Below, in pieces: positions 58,608 through 64,000 of a DNA stretch of 64,000 nucleotides (its first letter is position 1; each line of letters opens with the position of its first letter). A program made the position numbers and the translations under genes. This DNA is from Desulfobacterales bacterium. Its GTDB lineage: Bacteria > Desulfobacterota > Desulfobacteria > Desulfobacterales > UBA2174. The stretch covers positions 352,001-416,000 of the forward strand of contig CAXXWC010000018.1 of the NCBI GenBank assembly GCA_963668645.2, written 5' to 3'. The notes below the pieces were generated by a model. It had not been told where the DNA came from. It saw only the letters and a program-made list of their open reading frames with translations, and made no database searches.

Positions 58608-59315
58608 ATGGATCTGCTCTTCCAGCGCGAAAAAGAAGTCCTGGCGCGGTTCCAGGGGTTGATCGATACCGGAGGGGTGGATACCGAAAAGGATCTTGCC
58701 TCTCTGCGCGAGTTGCATTCCGAATACGCGTTGCTGCTCGATCAGATGGCGCGGATCATCAAGATGTCCGACTGGACCGGGGCCGCCCTGAACGACGCCC
58801 GGCGCTGTTCCCACGAGCAGTCCAACCTTGACTTTCTTACCGGCATCGCCAACCGGCGCCATTTTTCCGAGGTGCTGGAAAAGGAATGGCGCAGTGCGAT
58901 GCGCGAGAAGGTCCCCATGTCCCTGCTCATGCTCGACGTCGACCATTTCAAGGCTTACAATGACACCTTCGGCCACGTGGCCGGGGATCGCTGCCTCAAT
59001 CAACTGGCCCAAAAAATGGAAGCGATCGCCAAGCGCCCCCGGGACATGGTGGCCCGTTACGGCGGTGAGGAGTTCGTCATCCTGCTTCCCGCCACCGACC
59101 TCGCCCCGGCCCGTGAGCTGGCCGAGCGGCTTCGCCTCAGCATCCAGCAATTCGAAGAACCCCATCCCGTCAGCGCTGGCGGCTTCGTCACCGTGTCCAT
59201 CGGGGTGGCCGCCATGGTTCCCGCGCCGGACCGGTCGGCCCAGGATCTGTTGGCCGAGGCCGACACCGCGCTTTACCAGGCCAAGTCGAGTGGCCGCAAC
59301 TGCGTGTTTCCGTAA
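58608..59315 (+). CDS. siaD: Diguanylate cyclase with N-terminal coiled coil (SiaD-like)
   Basis: DFLTGIANRR, DVDHFK.YNDTFGH..GD, RPRD I-site, RYGGEEF. Confidence 0.85.
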   Translation: MDLLFQREKEVLARFQGLIDTGGVDTEKDLASLRELHSEYALLLDQMARIIKMSDWTGAALNDARRCSHEQSNLDFLTGIANRRHFSEVLEKEWRSAMREKVPMSLLMLDVDHFKAYNDTFGHVAGDRCLNQLAQKMEAIAKRPRDMVARYGGEEFVILLPATDLAPARELAERLRLSIQQFEEPHPVSAGGFVTVSIGVAAMVPAPDRSAQDLLAEADTALYQAKSSGRNCVFP

Positions 59316-59333
59316 ACGGAGATCCTTCCCCCC

Positions 59334-61238
59334 ATGGCTCGCTTCGTGTCCCTGAAGGCCCGTTATATTCTGGCCGGCCTGGTCATCTGCCTGGTAACCG
59401 GCGTTTTCGTCGCGGCTGTCAGCTACGTCGTGGCCTATCGGATCGCCGCCGATCTTACCGATAAGTACGTCGGCGAGCTGGCCGCCGGCCAGGCCCGTAA
59501 GTTCGATTTCTGGTTTGACACCAAGGCCCAGTTGGTCGAGGGGCTGGCCCAGGATATCGAGGCGGCCGGAGATTTCAGCGACGCGCATCTCATGCGTCTC
59601 ATCCTGCGCAAGATGGAACTCTACCACGGGGAGGTGCTCGACTTTTACATCGGCTTTGTCGACCCGCACCGCCGGCTGCTCAGCGGGATTGGCTGGATCC
59701 CGCCTGAGGATTACGACGCGCGCAGCCGGCCCTGGTTCAAGGCCGCCATCACTGCCGAAAAGGTCGTCTTTACCGAGCCGTACCGGGACGCCATGACCGA
59801 CGAATTGGTGGTCACGGTGGCAAAGGCCATGCACCACCAGGGGCGGACGGTGGCCGTGGTGTCCACGGATATCTATATCACCGCACTGGGCCAGGTGGTG
59901 CGCTCCTTTTCCGCCGGCCCGGGGAGCTACGCCCTGCTGCTCGACGCCAAGGGCCGCGTCATCGCCCACCCGCAAAAGGCACTGGAGCCCTCGCCCGACG
60001 GGCTGCGCCCGGTGGAAGGGTGGGCAGATCACGGACGGTTGATGACCGCCTTGAACAGCGGTGGTATCGGCAAACGCCTCGACTTTCGCAACCCGTCAGG
60101 GACGCGGGAGTACTACCTTTTCAGCCGGATGGAAAGAAACGGCTGGCTGTTCGGCATCGCCGTGGATCGATCCGCCTACCGGCGTCCGTTGAGACTCTTG
60201 CTTGCCGGTTTTGCTGCGGCCCTGGGGCTTTCCATCCTGATCGGCGGCCTGGTCATGTACCGCTTGGTGGGCAGGATGGTGAGCCCGATCCACGCCCTGA
60301 CCAAGACGGTGACCAGCTTTTCCGGCGACAACCTCGCCGTGCGCACCACGGTCGATTCGTCCGACGAAGTGGGGCAATTGGGCCGTGCCTTCAACACCAT
60401 GGCAGACACCATCGAGGGCTACAGCCGGTCGCTGGAAAACATGGTGGAAGAGCGCACCCGCCAGCTGCGGGAAAAAAACGAGACCATCATGGAAAGCATC
60501 GATTATGCGCGGCGGCTGCAAAGTACCATCCTGCCGGACTTGCCCGCCGTGCTCGGTCTTGATCCCCGGTACTGCTTTTCCATCTGGCGCCCGCGCGACG
60601 TGGTCGGCGGCGACATGTTCTGGTGCCGCCGGACCGGCGACCGGGCGTTGCTGGCGGTCGCCGACTGCACCGGCCATGGCGTGCCAGGTGCGCTGGTGGC
60701 CATGACCTTGAGCACCACCTTTGACGCCCTGGCCCGCGAACTCGAATGGCATTCCCCGGCCCGGTTCGTGCAGCAAGCTCACCTGCGTCTCAAACAGACC
60801 CTGCAGCAGGATAAAACCACCATCTGGGTCAACGACGGGGCCGATGCGGCCATTCTGTTCATCGACTTCGGATCCCGGCGCCTGGTTTTTTGCGGGGCAC
60901 ATTTTCCGGTTTTTTTAAGGGACGCCACCGGCGTCCGGGAGATCCGCGGCGGCCGCCGCAGCATCGGCTACACCCTAGACCGCGAAGCCCACTTCGAAGA
61001 CATCGAGATCGACTGGACCGATCCGCTTTGCCTCTACTTGACCACCGACGGCCTGCTCGACCAGAACCATGCCCCGGGTCAAGGCGGCATGGGAAGGGAC
61101 GGGTTCAGGCGCCTGCTGGCCGATATGGCAGCCCTGCCGATCGCCGATCAACAGGCGCAGCTGGCCGCCGAGATCGATAGGCGCCTGGCCGGGGCGGCCC
61201 AGCGTGACGACATCTGCGTGGTGGGATTGGAGCTCTGA
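59334..61238 (+). CDS. siaA: Cache-HAMP-PP2C(SpoIIE) sensor phosphatase (SiaA-like)
   Basis: YDARSRPWF, DEVGQLGRAFN, VGGD, ADCTGHGVPGA, TTDG, RDDI. Confidence 0.85.
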   Translation: MARFVSLKARYILAGLVICLVTGVFVAAVSYVVAYRIAADLTDKYVGELAAGQARKFDFWFDTKAQLVEGLAQDIEAAGDFSDAHLMRLILRKMELYHGEVLDFYIGFVDPHRRLLSGIGWIPPEDYDARSRPWFKAAITAEKVVFTEPYRDAMTDELVVTVAKAMHHQGRTVAVVSTDIYITALGQVVRSFSAGPGSYALLLDAKGRVIAHPQKALEPSPDGLRPVEGWADHGRLMTALNSGGIGKRLDFRNPSGTREYYLFSRMERNGWLFGIAVDRSAYRRPLRLLLAGFAAALGLSILIGGLVMYRLVGRMVSPIHALTKTVTSFSGDNLAVRTTVDSSDEVGQLGRAFNTMADTIEGYSRSLENMVEERTRQLREKNETIMESIDYARRLQSTILPDLPAVLGLDPRYCFSIWRPRDVVGGDMFWCRRTGDRALLAVADCTGHGVPGALVAMTLSTTFDALARELEWHSPARFVQQAHLRLKQTLQQDKTTIWVNDGADAAILFIDFGSRRLVFCGAHFPVFLRDATGVREIRGGRRSIGYTLDREAHFEDIEIDWTDPLCLYLTTDGLLDQNHAPGQGGMGRDGFRRLLADMAALPIADQQAQLAAEIDRRLAGAAQRDDICVVGLEL

Positions 61239-61321
61239 GTTTCGTGAATTGTTATTGCGGGCCACGGAACCGCCCCTGGGTGAGATTCCCTGCCGGCATC
61301 AAGATGATGCCGATGCCTGGC

Positions 61322-61681
61322 CTAAGTCCTTCTTTTCTGCTGTTCTATGTTCATGGCTGGAACGCAAAGCCACCTTCGTAGCAGCTCAAGCATGGCTTTC
61401 AGATGGCGCTCGAGTTCTCCCGTCTGGACAATGTTATCCGCTGTGGTGTGCACCACCGAGAACACAAGCCGGGCAGCTACGTCGACATCAACAGTGCGGC
61501 ACGCGCCGGTTTTGATTCCCATTTCCAGCATCCAGCCGATGACCATTTCGGCGGATATGGAGGGGTCTATGGGACGCTCCGCGATGGCCCCATGAAAAAC
61601 GGCCTTATGCAGCCGGCCGAGATTGTTGTGGGAGTGAATAAACTTCACGCACTCGTTTGAAAATGCGGGCCACTTTATCAA
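61322..61681 (-). CDS. Hypothetical protein resembling an isolated TetR C-terminal domain
   Basis: Overlaps the MFS stop; LHKAVFH..LEMGIKTG..VDVDVAARLVF pattern; no HTH. Confidence 0.45.
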   Translation of the reverse strand: MIKWPAFSNECVKFIHSHNNLGRLHKAVFHGAIAERPIDPSISAEMVIGWMLEMGIKTGACRTVDVDVAARLVFSVVHTTADNIVQTGELERHLKAMLELLRRWLCVPAMNIEQQKRRT

Positions 61682-63264
61682 CTCTTTTTTGAAGAAGAAA
61701 CAAACGGCGGCATAAACTTCAGCACGAAAACCATGCCTGCCGCGCCAACTCCGCAGATAACCCAGAAAGTGATTTGCCAGCCGTCCATGAAGCTCCCCTG
61801 GGCCAGCGACGATAATTTTTGCCCTGCTTCCGCTGGTAGACTGCCGGCCGTGACAACGGCCGCGCCAAGGGATTCCCTTGCCTCCTGGATTATCTGTACC
61901 GGAAAAGCAGCGGCCGCGGTCAGCACCGCGTCCATCCGCAGGCGGTAGATACTGCCGAGCAGCGAACCCAGAACCGCTACTCCCAGAGCACCTCCCACCT
62001 GGAAGGAGACATTGCCGATGGCCGAGCCCACGCCGGCCTGTTCCCTGGGCAGGGTCCCCAGTACGGAATTGAGCGAGGGCGCCATGATGCTCCCGTGGCA
62101 GAAACTCAGAAAGGCAATGTTCAAACCGATTAACCAGAAAGGGGTTGAAGCTTGCCAGAAAACGATGAGCAAAGCCGCCACCGCCGTTCCGGCAAAACCC
62201 GCCGAGACAACGGATCTCGCGCCCCAGCGCACGGCGGTTCTTGCGCTGGAGACATTACCAAGGGCATACCCGATGGCCACAGGAAGATAACAAAGGCCGG
62301 TTTCCAGGGGTGAGTAGTGTTTGACAAACTGCAGGTACAAGGTCAACCCAAACAGGGTCCCGAGCATGGTAAAGGTCATCATCGCGATACCGCTGCTACC
62401 CGCCGTTAAGCCGGGATTTTTAAAAAGGGTGAGATCCAGCATGGGCGCACCGGTCTTTTTTTCGCGGATGATAAACAGAAAGCCGAAAACAAAAGACGAG
62501 ACAAAGCTCACGTACACGAAGCCACTTGTCCAGCCTGCTTCGTTTCCCTTGATGATGCTGAAGACCAGCAAAAAGACGGTTGCCGCCGAAAGCATGGTTC
62601 CGGGCAGATCGACGCGACTTTGGATCCGGGCACCGCTTTTAGGCAGTAAAAACACCCCTGCCACAAGTGCGGTGACGATGATGGGAATGTTTACCAAAAA
62701 TATCGAATTCCAGTTGAAGTGTTCAAGCAGCCAGCCGCCAAGCAGCGGGCCGAGGGCTGTTCCCAGGCCGTTCACGGCGCCCCATGCGCCGATGGCCCTG
62801 CCCCTTTCCTCGGGAGGAAAGATGATGGAAATGAGTGCCAGGGTAGTGGGGACGATCATGGCGCCGCCCACGCCCATAAATACCCTCGCCACCGTCAGGT
62901 GCCACGCGGAACCGCAGAATGCTCCGTACAGGCTTGCCAGCCCAAAGACCGACATGCCGGCCCGGAGCATGGTGATATGGCCGACACGGTCGCCAAGGGC
63001 TCCCATGGTCATCAGCAGCGAGGCGAAAGCCAGGATGTAGGCATCGACCATCCACTGCAACTGAGAGAGCGTGGCCCCCAGTTCGCGCTGCAATGTCGGC
63101 AAGGCTACGTTAAGCACCATATGGTCCAGCACCACGATCAACACGGTGAGGACCAGCACCGAAAAAGAGAGCCATCGCCGTGAACAGGCCTTTTCCATCT
63201 CCGTTATAACTGTTGCTGTTTCTTTCTGCCTGTCCATTTTTACGTGGAAGTCCTTTTGCATCAC
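61678..63264 (-). CDS. MFS drug:H+ antiporter DHA2 (EmrB/QacA-like)
   Basis: LDHMVLNVALP, QWMVDAY, GALGDRVG, ERGRAIGAW, LGPLLGG, IFLVNIP. Confidence 0.93.
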   Translation of the reverse strand: MMQKDFHVKMDRQKETATVITEMEKACSRRWLSFSVLVLTVLIVVLDHMVLNVALPTLQRELGATLSQLQWMVDAYILAFASLLMTMGALGDRVGHITMLRAGMSVFGLASLYGAFCGSAWHLTVARVFMGVGGAMIVPTTLALISIIFPPEERGRAIGAWGAVNGLGTALGPLLGGWLLEHFNWNSIFLVNIPIIVTALVAGVFLLPKSGARIQSRVDLPGTMLSAATVFLLVFSIIKGNEAGWTSGFVYVSFVSSFVFGFLFIIREKKTGAPMLDLTLFKNPGLTAGSSGIAMMTFTMLGTLFGLTLYLQFVKHYSPLETGLCYLPVAIGYALGNVSSARTAVRWGARSVVSAGFAGTAVAALLIVFWQASTPFWLIGLNIAFLSFCHGSIMAPSLNSVLGTLPREQAGVGSAIGNVSFQVGGALGVAVLGSLLGSIYRLRMDAVLTAAAAFPVQIIQEARESLGAAVVTAGSLPAEAGQKLSSLAQGSFMDGWQITFWVICGVGAAGMVFVLKFMPPFVSSSKKS

Positions 63265-63482
63265 TTCGTTGATATCCGTATTCCGCTTTGTTTGTTGGTC
63301 TGCCTTTCAGTCAAATCAGCGTCTTTCCAGCCGCCGCCCAGAGATGGGGTTGAGATAAGGACAATGGGGCCGTTTGACCGCCCTGAAAAGGTTATACTTG
63401 TCATTGTTCACCTCGATTTGTTAATATAACTATTTAAAATTGTTGACATCGAGTACCGCTATGTGGAAGATGGTGCATCAAA

Positions 63483-63521
63483 ATCGACTCAAAGTCAATA
63501 AAAAATCGACTTTTGGTCGAT
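63483..63521. promoter_or_regulatory. Tandem palindromic operators between divergent MFS and TetR genes
   Basis: ATCGACTCAAAGTCAAT (63483-63499) and ATCGACTTTTGGTCGAT (63505-63521). Confidence 0.7.
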
Positions 63522-63609
63522 AAAATAAATGAAATGCTGTTTGTGGTTTCGTAAAACAGGTTAAAACAGGTAATTAGTAAAGGCGTGTTTGCCTTGGCGG
63601 GGGAAAAGC

Positions 63610-64000
63610 ATGAAACAGACAGGTTCAGTTAAAAAGAAGTGTCCCGGGAAGCGAGCCAGCCGCCAGGCCGGTGCACCGCCTGGCCAACGGCAAACGGAAA
63701 AACGGAGGGAGGCGTTGTTGGAAGCCGCCGGCAAGCTGTTTGTTGCCAAAGGCGTCGAGGCAACGACGATGGATGAGGTCGCCGCCAGCGCCCGCGTGGC
63801 GAAGGGCACACTTTACCATTATTTTGCAAGTAAGGCAGAGTTGATTGAGGCTCTCAGGGGCTCCTTCAGAAACGAATTCATGACGCGGATCAGGACGCGG
63901 GTGGAGGCCTGTGCCTCCGACGATTGGACAGCACGTCTCAGGGCCTGGGTTGACGCGGCGGTCAACGCCTACTTTGACATGAGCGGACTCCACGACGTGG
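63610..64000 (+). CDS. TetR-family regulator (partial, runs off window end)
   Basis: REALLEAAGKLFVAKGVEATTMDEVAASARVAKGTLYHYFASKAEL. Confidence 0.9.
   Translation, partial: MKQTGSVKKKCPGKRASRQAGAPPGQRQTEKRREALLEAAGKLFVAKGVEATTMDEVAASARVAKGTLYHYFASKAELIEALRGSFRNEFMTRIRTRVEACASDDWTARLRAWVDAAVNAYFDMSGLHDV

Overview
Bacterial window; gene content suggests an anaerobic deltaproteobacterium or Desulfobacterota (inference). It has five blocks. (1) 1-14.5 kb, GC-rich, minus strand: flavodoxin, P1B-ATPase, O-methyltransferase, AraC, fused CoA-dehydratase activase, MMPL, LolA-like protein, outer-membrane protein and a methyltransferase. (2) 15.6-31.6 kb, AT-rich integron cassette array with an attI-like site and five attC sites but no recognisable integrase. 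It carries MazEF, PLD-like, TIR, GNAT, DUF4440 and duplicated DUF1847 cassettes, plus an LRR-Roc-COR gene. It has been invaded by IS701, IS1634, an IS3 remnant, ISL3 with nested IS21, and a 333-bp non-coding element inserted precisely in an attC. (3) 31.7-41.8 kb, TonB-receptor/metal-uptake operon behind a cobalamin riboswitch that seems to lack its core segment. (4) 42-53.9 kb, the top candidate for a new system: a lasso-peptide-like RiPP locus (kinase, two sulfotransferases, RRE, radical SAM, paeninodin-like precursor, cyclase, no B2 peptidase seen). Its cyclase is the last gene of a GNAT / DUF6916-like / triple tail-collar run. (5) 54-64 kb: TetR-ALDH, a siaBCDA c-di-GMP module and MFS-TetR. 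All family calls come from motif recognition by eye; no database searches were run.
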